Assembly: GCA_965247685.1 (NCBI GenBank)
Contig: OZ252021.1
Coordinates: forward strand, 60,001 to 92,000
Source of the DNA: Bdellovibrionales bacterium
GTDB lineage: Bacteria; Bdellovibrionota; Bdellovibrionia; Bdellovibrionales; UBA1609
Length of the DNA: 32,000 nucleotides
Direction of reading: 5' to 3'
Part shown: piece by piece, positions 1 to 9,177 of the stretch
How positions within the stretch are numbered: the stretch's first letter is position 1
Layout of the letters: every line of letters begins with the position of its first letter
Translations under genes and position numbers: made by a program
The notes under the pieces: generated by a model
The model's input: only the letters and a program-made list of their open reading frames with translations
Databases searched by the model: none
What the model was told of the DNA's origin: nothing

Positions 1-47
1 ACAATAGACTGGGATTCTTAAAAAAGTGTATCAATTCAATACAAAAT

Positions 48-956
48 CTAAAATTTTATACCTTTAGAAAAAGTCCTATAAAAAATCTGTGGAAATTGGG
101 TTTCCAAAACAAAGTTTCCCTTTTCAGGTCGAATTTGAGCTAAAGCTCCTAAAGGCAGAGGATCATTAATAGCACCATGACCACAAGGTAAATTCACAAA
201 GACTGGAAACCTTTGAGACTTTGACCAAGGTTGAAGAACCTCTTTCACAATAGTACGATTATGCTGAGTCCACTTGCCAAAAATGACTGCTCGAACCTTT
301 TGAAACACTTTTGCTTCCTTCATCTGCCATAAAGCACGATGCACCTCATAAGGCTTCGTATTTACATCTTCTAAAAACAGAATTTGATTCTTCCTAGAAA
401 CAAAAACAGGAGTTTGAATAGAATTTTGAATGAGTGTGAGATTCCCACCCGTCAACAAAGCCTTCACCAATCCTGATTTTTGATTAATGATCTTTAAAGG
501 GAAAAATTGGGCAGGTTTTTGAAATATATTTTTAAACTTTTTTAAAGAAGATGATGAAAGTGAAGAAAGAGAAGCCAAACAAGGAAAGTGCAAAGTCGGC
601 CAGCGCAATTGATGGTGAATCCAATCATGGATCACAGTCACATCACTATGGCCAATAAATAATTTTCGAATAGGCGGTTTAGTTTTAAGCTTTTTGAGTC
701 TTTTTATAATTCTTTGACTTCCATATCCCCCTCTCAAAGCCCAAATAATTGAAGAATCTTTAGACCACAAAGCTTTTTTGAAATTATTATAAGCCTCTTT
801 TTCATTTTGAGCAAAAAATAAGGAATTTCTTTTCGACCCTGTTAGACGAAACTTCATGTTTTTAAAAATTAATTTTAAAACTAAAAATGCCTCTTGAATT
901 TCTTTGGCACTGGCGGAAGAAGCTGGAGTCACAACATCCACAATAACGGGCTTCAT
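48..956 (-). CDS. ldcA: LD-carboxypeptidase (peptidase S66, muramoyltetrapeptide carboxypeptidase-like)
   Basis: 302-aa ORF with S66 signatures: WALRGGYGS, nucleophile elbow GHSD (usually G[FY]SD), LEDV acid, and C-terminal CGHG...PLPLG. Its ATG overlaps the purF stop (ATGA at 953-956). Confidence 0.8.
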   Translation of the reverse strand: MKPVIVDVVTPASSASAKEIQEAFLVLKLIFKNMKFRLTGSKRNSLFFAQNEKEAYNNFKKALWSKDSSIIWALRGGYGSQRIIKRLKKLKTKPPIRKLFIGHSDVTVIHDWIHHQLRWPTLHFPCLASLSSLSSSSLKKFKNIFQKPAQFFPLKIINQKSGLVKALLTGGNLTLIQNSIQTPVFVSRKNQILFLEDVNTKPYEVHRALWQMKEAKVFQKVRAVIFGKWTQHNRTIVKEVLQPWSKSQRFPVFVNLPCGHGAINDPLPLGALAQIRPEKGNFVLETQFPQIFYRTFSKGIKF

Positions 957-2335
957 AAAGACTCCACTCGTGTCGGGTAATTATGAGTGAAACAAGCATT
1001 ACAAAATCCATTTTGATTGGAATCCATAGTCGACATCAATTTTTCAACGGATAAAAAGCAAAGAGAGTCTGCTTCAAGATACTCTCTTATCTCTTCTAAA
1101 TTTTTTTGAGCTGCAATCAGCTGCGATTTTTGAGGTGTATCTACTCCATAGTGGCAAGGTCCAATCACAGGAGGAGAAGCGACACGAAAATGAACTTCTT
1201 TAGCCCCCGCCTGCAAAAGTATTTTTACTATCGCTTTAGAAGTCGTTCCCCGCACAATGGAATCATCAATCACAATCACTCGTTTTCCTTTAATGACACT
1301 GGTTTGTGGGTTGAGTTTTATTTTGACCTTAAAGTTTCTTACACTGGAACTTGGGTGAATGAATGTGCGGCCCACATAGTGATTACGAGTAATACCAAGT
1401 TCGAAAGGAATTTTGCTTTCTTCTGAATAGCCCAAGGCGGAAACCACTCCACTGTCCGGAACAGGAACCACTACATCTGCGTCCACAGGGCTTTCTTGTG
1501 CCAAAGCCTTCCCTAGTTTTTTTCTATTGAGATAAACATTGGAGCCAAAAACATAGCTGTCCGGCCTTGCAAAATAAATATGCTCAAAAACACAAGCCTT
1601 TCTTTTTTCTTTTTGATTCAAATAAGTAGAGGATAATTTATTTCCTTGAGAAATAGTAAGAACTTCTCCCTGTTCAATTTCCCGAATGTATTCTGCACTC
1701 AAGAGATCAAATGCACAAGTTTCAGAAGCCACCACATAAGACATTCCATTCTCTGATTTTTTTTTCCCCAACACGAGAGGACGAAAACCTCGAGGATCTC
1801 TGACTGCAATCAAGCTCTCAGGTGTGAGTAATACTAAACTGTAAGCTCCCTCCAATAAAGAAAGAGATTGAATTAAAGCTTCATGAAAAGATAAGGATTT
1901 TTTCATCCGTTGATGAATCAGATGGATTAAACATTCTGTGTCGCTGGAGCCTTGAAAAAAAAATCCATCTTGAATTAATTGTTCTTTAACACTTTTAAAA
2001 TTAACGAATTGCCCATTGTGAGCTATCGAAAAACAAAACTGAGAGTCCACTAAAGGCTGTAAACTATTTTCGTCTTGACTTTCCCCCCGTGTAGTATAAC
2101 GCGTATGACCGATAGATGAATTTCCTTTGAGCGAAGCTAAATTTTTTTCATTAAACACTTCTCCCACAAGCCCTAAACCTTTATGGGAAAGGAACTGATC
2201 TTTATTTACAGACACAATGCCTGCGCCCTCCTGCCCTCGATGTTGTTGTGCGTAGAGTCCAAGGTAAGAAAGCAAACTCGATTCATGATGATTCCAAATA
2301 CCAATTAGAGCGCATTTTTCATTCCAATGTTTCAA
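953..2335 (-). CDS. purF: Amidophosphoribosyltransferase, [4Fe-4S]-type with short propeptide
   Basis: 460 aa. Nucleophile Cys8 follows a 7-residue propeptide (MKHWNEK|CALIGIW). Also QHRGQEGAGI, PRTase loop VIVIDDSIVRGTTS, and the Fe-S Cys pattern (CVFEHIYFARPDS, GPCHYGVDTP, CNACFTHNYP). The start codon is TTG at 2335, with AGGAG 9 nt upstream inside the uvrA 3' end. Confidence 0.95.
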   Translation of the reverse strand: MKHWNEKCALIGIWNHHESSLLSYLGLYAQQHRGQEGAGIVSVNKDQFLSHKGLGLVGEVFNEKNLASLKGNSSIGHTRYTTRGESQDENSLQPLVDSQFCFSIAHNGQFVNFKSVKEQLIQDGFFFQGSSDTECLIHLIHQRMKKSLSFHEALIQSLSLLEGAYSLVLLTPESLIAVRDPRGFRPLVLGKKKSENGMSYVVASETCAFDLLSAEYIREIEQGEVLTISQGNKLSSTYLNQKEKRKACVFEHIYFARPDSYVFGSNVYLNRKKLGKALAQESPVDADVVVPVPDSGVVSALGYSEESKIPFELGITRNHYVGRTFIHPSSSVRNFKVKIKLNPQTSVIKGKRVIVIDDSIVRGTTSKAIVKILLQAGAKEVHFRVASPPVIGPCHYGVDTPQKSQLIAAQKNLEEIREYLEADSLCFLSVEKLMSTMDSNQNGFCNACFTHNYPTRVESL

Positions 2336-2337
2336 GC

Positions 2338-4905
2338 TTATAAACTCCTGTTGATCTTTATTTTAGAATTTTTTAACGCTTCTTTCAAGTATGGACCAGT
2401 TAAACTTCGTTTCATTTGAACCACTTTCTCTGGAGTGCCTTGAGCTACAATGCGTCCTCCCTTTTTTCCACCTCGTGGGCCTATGTCCACCACATAATCA
2501 CAACATTTGATCACATCCATATTATGTTCAATAACTATCACTGTGTTCCCTTTATCCACAAGCTGATTTAAAACATCGAGCAATCTTTTAATATCATCAA
2601 AATGAAGTCCAGTTGTGGGCTCATCTAAAATATAAAGAGTGTCTCCTTGATTTTTTTTAGAAAGTTCTTTAGTGAGCTTAATTCTTTGAGCTTCTCCTCC
2701 AGATAAAGTCGCGGAAGACTGCCCGAGAGTCAAATAAGACAAACCCACATCTTCTAAACTTTTCAAATACCTGTAAATTTGAGGATGATTCTGAAAAAAA
2801 ACAGTAGCTTCTTTGACTGTCATATTTAAAATATCCGAAATATTCTTATCTTTGCAATATATACTTAAAATATCTGGAGAATATCGAGTGCTCTGACATA
2901 TTTCACAAGGAATCACAGCATCTGAGAGAAAGTGCATTTCTTGAACAATCTCACCCATACCTCGACAATGATCACATCTTCCTCCTTTCACATTAAAGCT
3001 AAAATGAGAAGCTGTAAAACCTCTCAGTTTGGAGGCCGGAAGATAAGCCATAAAATTTCGAATCAGGTTAAAAAATCCTACATAAGTTGCTGGAATAGAA
3101 CGTGAGTTTTTTCCGATAGGCTTTTGATCGACCATAATCACCTTTTTAATTTCATGAACTCGTAAAAGCTTTTCATATTTTAAAGGGGCGGTTGGAATTT
3201 TAAAAAGATTTTGATGAAGAGCTTTGTAAAGGGTATGCACTATTAAAGAACTTTTTCCACTGCCGGAAACACCCGTGATGCCAATCAATTTTTTTAAAGG
3301 GATCTTAAGGTGAACATTTTTTAAATTATGTCCAGCCGCCCCTATTAATTCTATATAACTCGATTTTTCAACTCTTCTTTTTTGAGGAATCGTGATGCTT
3401 TTTCGACCTGATAAATAATCCCCCGTTAAGCTTTTTTTGTTGTCTAAAATTTGTTGTATGCAGCCTTCTGCTACGAGAAGCCCCCCTTCTTTCCCAGCAC
3501 GAGGGCCGATTTCAATAATATGATCGGCGCTTCGAATCGTATTCTCATCATGCTCCACAATGATCACTGTATTTTCTCTAGCCTTAATTTTTTGAATCAA
3601 CTCCAAAAATAATCGACTGTCCACAGGATGTAGTCCAATACTAGGTTCATCTAAAATATAAAGAATACCTCTCAGCACAGAAGAGATTTGAGAGGCTAAG
3701 CGAATCCTTTGAGCTTCCCCTCCAGAAAGAGAACGTGTGGAACGGTCCAAACTAAGATAAGAGACTCCCACTTTTTGGAGCAGATGAATATCATCTATTA
3801 TTTTTTTAAGAATGTTATCCGCAATCACTTGATATCGATGAGGAAATTTAAGCTTCTTTAAAAACTTTTCTAAAGACTCCAAATCCATACGAGACACCTC
3901 TGAGATATTTTGACCTCCAAGAAAAACAGAAAGTGCAGAAGGTTGAAGCCTTTGCCCTTGACAGGAGGGGCATAATTTCAATTGAGACTCATCTTTTTCT
4001 AAAAAATCTTCTTCCTCCGTATAACCGATTCCATTACATTTTAAGCAGGCTCCTTTTGGAGAATTGAAACTAAAGAGCTTAGGCTCTAGTTCAGGCGAGG
4101 AAAAAAAACATTGAGGACAAGACGCATGAGTCGAGTAAACCTGAGAGGAAAGAGGTTTTCGGTTTCCTCGATTCTGCAATACTTCAATCTTGACAAAACC
4201 ATTTGAAAGCTTAGAGGCCAGATTCACACTTTTTAAAAATCTTTCTTGAAACTTTTCTTCTGCGTATAGCTGATCCATTAAAAGATTAATATCAAAATAT
4301 TTTTTATTTGAAAATGAAGGTAAAAAGTTCAAATCGAAAAATTTACCGTTGATTTGAGCTTTAGAATATCCCATAGAAAGAAATTTTTGAGCTTGAACTT
4401 TGAGAGAAATCTTTTTCCCTCGAACAGCAGGAGAAAATACTTTGATCAACTCTTTATTTTTGTGATTTTTTAAAACAGTCTGCACAATTTTTTCTTCAGA
4501 AACGGCCTGCAAAGGCTTTCGATGCTGTGGACAATAAGGCGTTCCAAGTTTAGCGTAGAGTAAACGAATATAATCATAGATTTCTGTCACTGTTCCAATG
4601 GTCGATCGAGGATTCGTACTGATTGTTTTTTGATCGATAGCCACAACAGGTGAAAGACCTAAGATAGAATCCACTTCTGGAGGTTTTAATTTTTCCATAA
4701 AGTATCGTGCATAAGTGGATAAGCTTTCGATATAGCGCCTCTGCCCTTCCGCATAAATAGTGTCAAAAGCAAGACTCGATTTTCCACTTCCACTGAGCCC
4801 TGTCAACACAGTAATCTTATTTCTAGGAATAAACACATTAATAGATTTTAAATTGTGTTCTCTGGCTCCACGAATTTCAATACCTTCTTTTTTAGGTATA
4901 GGCAT
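2338..4905 (-). CDS. uvrA: Excinuclease ABC subunit A (short form, insertion domain missing)
   Basis: 855 aa. N-terminus GAREHNLK...GLSGSGKSSLAFDTIYAEGQRRY. Two Walker A sites (GLSGSGKS, GVSGSGKS), two ABC signatures (LSGGEAQRI twice), and Zn modules CPQH/CPQC, CLKC/CPSC and CDHC/CEIC. Confidence 0.95.
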   Translation of the reverse strand: MPIPKKEGIEIRGAREHNLKSINVFIPRNKITVLTGLSGSGKSSLAFDTIYAEGQRRYIESLSTYARYFMEKLKPPEVDSILGLSPVVAIDQKTISTNPRSTIGTVTEIYDYIRLLYAKLGTPYCPQHRKPLQAVSEEKIVQTVLKNHKNKELIKVFSPAVRGKKISLKVQAQKFLSMGYSKAQINGKFFDLNFLPSFSNKKYFDINLLMDQLYAEEKFQERFLKSVNLASKLSNGFVKIEVLQNRGNRKPLSSQVYSTHASCPQCFFSSPELEPKLFSFNSPKGACLKCNGIGYTEEEDFLEKDESQLKLCPSCQGQRLQPSALSVFLGGQNISEVSRMDLESLEKFLKKLKFPHRYQVIADNILKKIIDDIHLLQKVGVSYLSLDRSTRSLSGGEAQRIRLASQISSVLRGILYILDEPSIGLHPVDSRLFLELIQKIKARENTVIIVEHDENTIRSADHIIEIGPRAGKEGGLLVAEGCIQQILDNKKSLTGDYLSGRKSITIPQKRRVEKSSYIELIGAAGHNLKNVHLKIPLKKLIGITGVSGSGKSSLIVHTLYKALHQNLFKIPTAPLKYEKLLRVHEIKKVIMVDQKPIGKNSRSIPATYVGFFNLIRNFMAYLPASKLRGFTASHFSFNVKGGRCDHCRGMGEIVQEMHFLSDAVIPCEICQSTRYSPDILSIYCKDKNISDILNMTVKEATVFFQNHPQIYRYLKSLEDVGLSYLTLGQSSATLSGGEAQRIKLTKELSKKNQGDTLYILDEPTTGLHFDDIKRLLDVLNQLVDKGNTVIVIEHNMDVIKCCDYVVDIGPRGGKKGGRIVAQGTPEKVVQMKRSLTGPYLKEALKNSKIKINRSL

Positions 4906-4940
4906 AATATCACCATGAGCTTTGAAGCTCTTCGTACATC

Positions 4941-5852
4941 TTATTCAAATTTTTTCATTCCGTTTTTAGTCGCTTCTGCAACAATATCAAAAGGGTGAAG
5001 GCTTTCCATATGATAAATACGCACATGATAATCTTCGACCTCATTTTGTTTTTCTAATTCATTCTTAATTCGACGAATGGCATCTTCAGAATACATAAGA
5101 TTTTGACTATTGAGATGAGCAAAGTGACTTTCATCTTGTCTTTTGACAGCCACTTGAACAGCTGTCCCTAAAGCTTTTTCCACATTATCAATCAAAGAAG
5201 GCAAAATATTTTCTTTTTGTGTTTGAACTTGGATATGAGCTACACTTCTTTGGGAATGAGGAACTCCGGCAACAGACTGCTCCTTGCCTAACCATTCCAA
5301 TATTTCAGGCGGACTTGGATTATCTTTTTTAAATTGTTCTTGTATGAGTTGTCTGGAAAGAATTGCAGAGCAAGGGCATGTCGAAGAGTAAAGAATAGAA
5401 ACACCTGCGGTTTGAATCCAAGAAGAATTTTTTTCTTGATACTGTATTTTATAAAAACAAGGATAAGTATGCCATCCCTTGATATCCGTTTTAAGGGCTT
5501 TTTTTTGAATGGAGCTTTTCCAAGATATTTTCAGTTTGCCAGATAAAGAATTGTCTTGAAGCTGAACAATTTTTTTTAAAAGCTCTCTCATGGTACGAAA
5601 CGAAAGAACTTCTTTTTCTGAGAATTCATGAAGAGCAGAATAGATGCGAGACATATGAACACCTCTTTGCTTCGGACTGTTGATAGAAACAGTGGCTGTA
5701 ATAGTGGCGAGAGCCTCTTGTATTGTATTATTCCATTGAATTTTAAGAGGAATCTCAACATTGTGAATACCAACTTGATCAACATTTAACGGGAACAAGG
5801 GTTTCTGGTTAGATATGTCTGTTATATTTTTCATGGTATGGAATAGGAACAT
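4941..5852 (-). CDS. folE2: GTP cyclohydrolase IB (FolE2/MptA family)
   Basis: 303 aa with family motifs VDQVGI..V..P, GVHMSRIY, STCPCSA and PHSQRS. The alternative start at Met7 (5834) cannot be excluded. Confidence 0.85.
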   Translation of the reverse strand: MFLFHTMKNITDISNQKPLFPLNVDQVGIHNVEIPLKIQWNNTIQEALATITATVSINSPKQRGVHMSRIYSALHEFSEKEVLSFRTMRELLKKIVQLQDNSLSGKLKISWKSSIQKKALKTDIKGWHTYPCFYKIQYQEKNSSWIQTAGVSILYSSTCPCSAILSRQLIQEQFKKDNPSPPEILEWLGKEQSVAGVPHSQRSVAHIQVQTQKENILPSLIDNVEKALGTAVQVAVKRQDESHFAHLNSQNLMYSEDAIRRIKNELEKQNEVEDYHVRIYHMESLHPFDIVAEATKNGMKKFE

Positions 5853-5971
5853 ATTTACTCGAATAAAGTCAAACTATAATTCAAGTCTAAAGTCCAAATA
5901 CAAGTGTTCAAAGTGTATGACTTTTCTCTCTGTCTTTATACCCATGCTCTATTATCTCTCAGTCACATAGA

Positions 5972-5999
5972 TTGACTCTGAGAAAAAATACCTTACCAT
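5972..5999 (+). promoter_or_regulatory. Putative sigma70-type promoter of the MscS-family gene (TTGACT-16 nt-TACCAT)
   Basis: -35 TTGACT at 5972-5977 and -10 TACCAT at 5994-5999. The expected TSS falls about at the ATG (6007). No SD lies upstream of the ATG. Confidence 0.3.
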
Positions 6000-6006
6000 A
6001 AAAATA

Positions 6007-6948
6007 ATGAGTAAGCTTTGGCTAAAAATTGAGTTCTTATTTGGAAATATTTATGATTGGTTTTCTGGATGGCTTCCTTTCATCTGGAATTTTGAATTCT
6101 TCAACATTGATCAAAATCCTATTACTTTCGGACGAGTCATTGTAGGAATTATCGCTTTCCTCATTGGTTATCAAGTCGCAAAGCGGATATCCACACAAAT
6201 AGAGAAAAGAATTCTGATGCACCTTGATTTGGAACCTGCTTTTCGCCACAGTATAAAAACTTTTACTTTTTACATTCTTATACTTTTTCTTTTTCTTTTT
6301 GTCCTTCAGCTGTTGAATATACCTTTGACCGCCCTCACTATTGCTGGGGGTGCCTTAGCGTTTGGTGTCGGCTTAGGAGCTCAAAGTATTATCTATGACT
6401 TATTGAGCGGCTTAGTCATTATGTTAGAACACCCGATTCGAACAGGCGATCTGGTCGAACTGGATCAAGTTCGCGGGCAAGTAGAAAGCATTGGAGCTCG
6501 GGCAACTAAAGTTTACACTGTCGATAATAAACATTTGATTATCCCTAATAATTATTTCTTGAGCAAGACCGTGCTCAACTGGACACTTTCCAATGAGATC
6601 ATCCGAGCAGATGTGCAAGTGGGTGTTTCTTATGGATCCCCTGTAGAAAAGGTGCAAAAACTTCTTGCTCAAGCAGCCAGTGAACATACTCTGATAAAAA
6701 AACACCCTGAACCTGTGATTCTTTTATCTGAATTTGGAAACAGTGCTATTATTTTTGATTTATATTTCTGGGCGCAAATAGATTCAATGATTACTATGAA
6801 AAAAATTCAAAGTGATTTGCGTTTTCACCTGACTCAACTCTTTAAAGAAAATAGTATTGTGATTGCCTTTCCTCAAAGGGATTTACATTTTAAATCGAGT
6901 CAGATGCCACTTAAAGTAGAAGTTCTCTCTCCTCAAAATTCTCCTTAA
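6007..6948 (+). CDS. Mechanosensitive ion channel, MscS family
   Basis: 313 aa. N-terminal TM helices, then the MscS beta-domain signature GDLVELDQVRGQVESIGARATKVYTVDNKHLIIPNNYF...V.NWT. Confidence 0.85.
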   Translation: MSKLWLKIEFLFGNIYDWFSGWLPFIWNFEFFNIDQNPITFGRVIVGIIAFLIGYQVAKRISTQIEKRILMHLDLEPAFRHSIKTFTFYILILFLFLFVLQLLNIPLTALTIAGGALAFGVGLGAQSIIYDLLSGLVIMLEHPIRTGDLVELDQVRGQVESIGARATKVYTVDNKHLIIPNNYFLSKTVLNWTLSNEIIRADVQVGVSYGSPVEKVQKLLAQAASEHTLIKKHPEPVILLSEFGNSAIIFDLYFWAQIDSMITMKKIQSDLRFHLTQLFKENSIVIAFPQRDLHFKSSQMPLKVEVLSPQNSP

Positions 6949-6979
6949 AACTGCATTGCACTTTATTTTTATGCTGCAG
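6946..6979 (-). terminator. Weak hairpin between convergent mscS-family and FHA-GGDEF genes
   Basis: CTGCA(6951-55)/TGCAG(6975-79) plus GCA/TGC inner pairs with an 11-nt loop. On the minus strand it is followed by TTTT (6949-6946). It is AT-rich and short. Confidence 0.25.
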
Positions 6980-7003
6980 GTATATGAGGATAAAGTGAGG
7001 ACC

Positions 7004-7906
7004 TCAAGAACAAATTTTGTTTCTGCCTGTTTTTTTAGCTTCATAAAGCAAGGCATCTGCTCTTTCATACATAGTTTTCCAACTAGTATCACCCGATTGA
7101 ACAGCTGTCAGTCCTGCTGAAACGGTCACTCGAACAGATTGATCTTCGAACTCAAATTTTTCCTGCTCAATTTTTTCACGAATTTGTTCCATCAATTGAA
7201 GAGCTTCTTCTAGATCACACTCAAACATCAAAGAAAACTCTTCTCCTCCTATGCGGCAAAAAACATCTGTCTTTCTAATGGATCTTTGCACTAAACTCGA
7301 CACACAAGACAAAATGAAATCTCCACCCATGTGGCAGTATTGATCATTAATTTTTTTAAAATGATCAATATCAAAGATAACAAAACTTAAAGGAGACTTC
7401 TTTTTCTGGCAATTCAAAAGTAGTTCCTGCCCTTTATCATCCATATATTTACGATTATAAATCTGACACAAAGAGTCCGTGTAAATATCATCACGAGATT
7501 TAAAAATAGAATGAGCTTCAATATTCCCTGAAGCCACATATTTAAAAACAATATCTCCCATCCTTAAAATATCGTTATTTTGAAGCGTATAAAACTGATG
7601 AGGTTTCATGGGTTCGTCATTAAGAAAAGAACCATTCGTAGAATCTAAATCTCTGACCTGTATTTTTTCTGCAGAAATGTATTCCAACTCCAAGTGCTTT
7701 CGACTGAGAGTATTGTTTGGAATATAGATGCTCACTTGAGATGAATCTCTTCCAAAAGTATGATGACTCTTCACACTCCAAAACTTTCCAATCCATTGAT
7801 GAGGTCCCATGATAATAGTCAACAAAGCTGGATGCTTGCTTTCTTTTACAGTACCCAAAGACATCATTTGAGTAGTTTCTGTATTTTTATCTTTTTTTTG
7901 ACTCAT
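7004..7906 (-). CDS. FHA-domain diguanylate cyclase (FHA-GGDEF, DgcB-like)
   Basis: 300 aa. FHA motifs FGRDSS...SRKH...DLDSTNGSFLN. GGDEF domain with DIDHFKKIND, active-site GGEEF (aa 220-224), I-site RKTD exactly 5 residues upstream (7235-7276), and YEAKKTGRN. Confidence 0.9.
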   Translation of the reverse strand: MSQKKDKNTETTQMMSLGTVKESKHPALLTIIMGPHQWIGKFWSVKSHHTFGRDSSQVSIYIPNNTLSRKHLELEYISAEKIQVRDLDSTNGSFLNDEPMKPHQFYTLQNNDILRMGDIVFKYVASGNIEAHSIFKSRDDIYTDSLCQIYNRKYMDDKGQELLLNCQKKKSPLSFVIFDIDHFKKINDQYCHMGGDFILSCVSSLVQRSIRKTDVFCRIGGEEFSLMFECDLEEALQLMEQIREKIEQEKFEFEDQSVRVTVSAGLTAVQSGDTSWKTMYERADALLYEAKKTGRNKICS

Positions 7907-7933
7907 ATTCTATTCCTCATCAATTGAACTTTT

Positions 7934-9031
7934 TTACACAGCTTTTTTGTCTTCTTCATCATTTAAACTCTCACCCTGATCCTCGTCTAAAGACAAATCT
8001 TCTTCTGATCCTAAACCAATGGAAGACTCTTCTTGCGAACCTTCTACAAAATGATCCCCCTCCTCTTGTGCTTCAGACTCCGGAGATTCTAGTTTTTCCT
8101 CCTTCACTGGACGAGAAGATTCTAATGATCCTTCCTCGCCTTGCAGGAGATGAAGAGACATTTGTAAAGCTCTGGACACTCTATGAGATCTATCTTTTTC
8201 AATAGACTGCTGATGCATCCATTTTTCCACTCGATCTTGGGCATCATGTAACTGATCTCTTAAAGAATCTACTTCTCTTTTCATACTGATCAAATCTTCA
8301 TCTTTTTCACGCACGATAGTATCTAATTCTTTTTGTTTGAATTGAAGACGATTCTCTAAATCTCTTTCTCGAATACGAATTTTTTGAACATCACGATTCA
8401 GATGTTTTTCCAATGTATTAATTTTCATTCTTAAATTTCTTATTTCTGCAGATTGAACTGCCATAGCCTGCTCTAAAGCTTTCTTTTGATCGAAAAGGCT
8501 GTTTCGATCCTCATCATAATTTTCTTTCATTGTATGGTGCTCATCAAAAAGCTGATCATAACTGGACTGCAAAGTTTCCCCTGCTAAAAGGAGCTTGTTA
8601 TTGTCAAAGCGCAGATGATTGTTATCCGCTTCCAGCTCCTTAATTCTTTTTTCTGCTATTGTCACGTGATTAGAAAGAGTGAGGACGAAAGAGTCTTTGG
8701 ATATCGATTCAGGAATTTCCTTTTTAAAATCTATGGAATGATTATCAGAATAGAGGTAAACCGCATCTTGAGCAGAATGAGACTTATCTTTAGTCTTGCT
8801 TTGAGAGTTAGAAGATGATTCCTTTTCTTCACGTGCTGATGCTTTATTATTTGAAAATAAGTCTTCAGAAGTGGTCAATTGGTCTACCGCTTCATTGATC
8901 AAATGCTCAATCTTTTTTTCACTTTGGTCATCTTTAGAATGAGCCTGCTCGTCAGTAATAGAGTCATTCAACCCTTCTAAAATGGTATTCTCCAGTTCTG
9001 CAATTGATGGAGTAGTTTGTTTTTTTTTCAA
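7934..9031 (-). CDS. Acidic coiled-coil protein, function unknown
   Basis: Long ORF with heptad-rich centre (IKELEADNNHL...LRMKINTLEKHL...RERDLENRLQFKQKELD), Ser/Asp/Glu-rich N-terminus and a very acidic tail. The ORF-track start (TTG 9043) has no SD. The TTG at 9031 is preceded by GGAGG with a 5-nt spacer, so I prefer it. It lies 27 nt upstream of the FHA-GGDEF gene on the same strand. Confidence 0.6.
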   Translation of the reverse strand: MKKKQTTPSIAELENTILEGLNDSITDEQAHSKDDQSEKKIEHLINEAVDQLTTSEDLFSNNKASAREEKESSSNSQSKTKDKSHSAQDAVYLYSDNHSIDFKKEIPESISKDSFVLTLSNHVTIAEKRIKELEADNNHLRFDNNKLLLAGETLQSSYDQLFDEHHTMKENYDEDRNSLFDQKKALEQAMAVQSAEIRNLRMKINTLEKHLNRDVQKIRIRERDLENRLQFKQKELDTIVREKDEDLISMKREVDSLRDQLHDAQDRVEKWMHQQSIEKDRSHRVSRALQMSLHLLQGEEGSLESSRPVKEEKLESPESEAQEEGDHFVEGSQEESSIGLGSEEDLSLDEDQGESLNDEEDKKAV

Positions 9032-9177
9032 ATAATCCTCCAAAAAAACTTCACATGAGCTTTCTCAATGTGTCATAATCCAAAATATGTTTTTTTTATC
9101 GGAAAATTTGAAGATATTCTTGATTCAATGTTAAAACTAAAATACTCACTGACTGATTAGGTCTCTAAAGGAACAAA

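Noticed and set aside
2338-4905. Short UvrA as a class II (UvrA2/DrrC-like) paralogue
   Set aside because: Class II proteins lack the UvrB-binding domain. Here the segment of about 138 residues between Zn module 1 cysteines is present, and the missing piece is the insertion domain instead.
9020-9028. A9/T9 homopolymer tracts (here right after the preferred TTG start of the coiled-coil gene; also 1757-1765 in purF and 19066-19074 intergenic) as phase-variation or slippage sites
   Set aside because: They encode in-frame Lys runs, are common in AT-rich genomes, and show no associated frameshifted ORF continuation.
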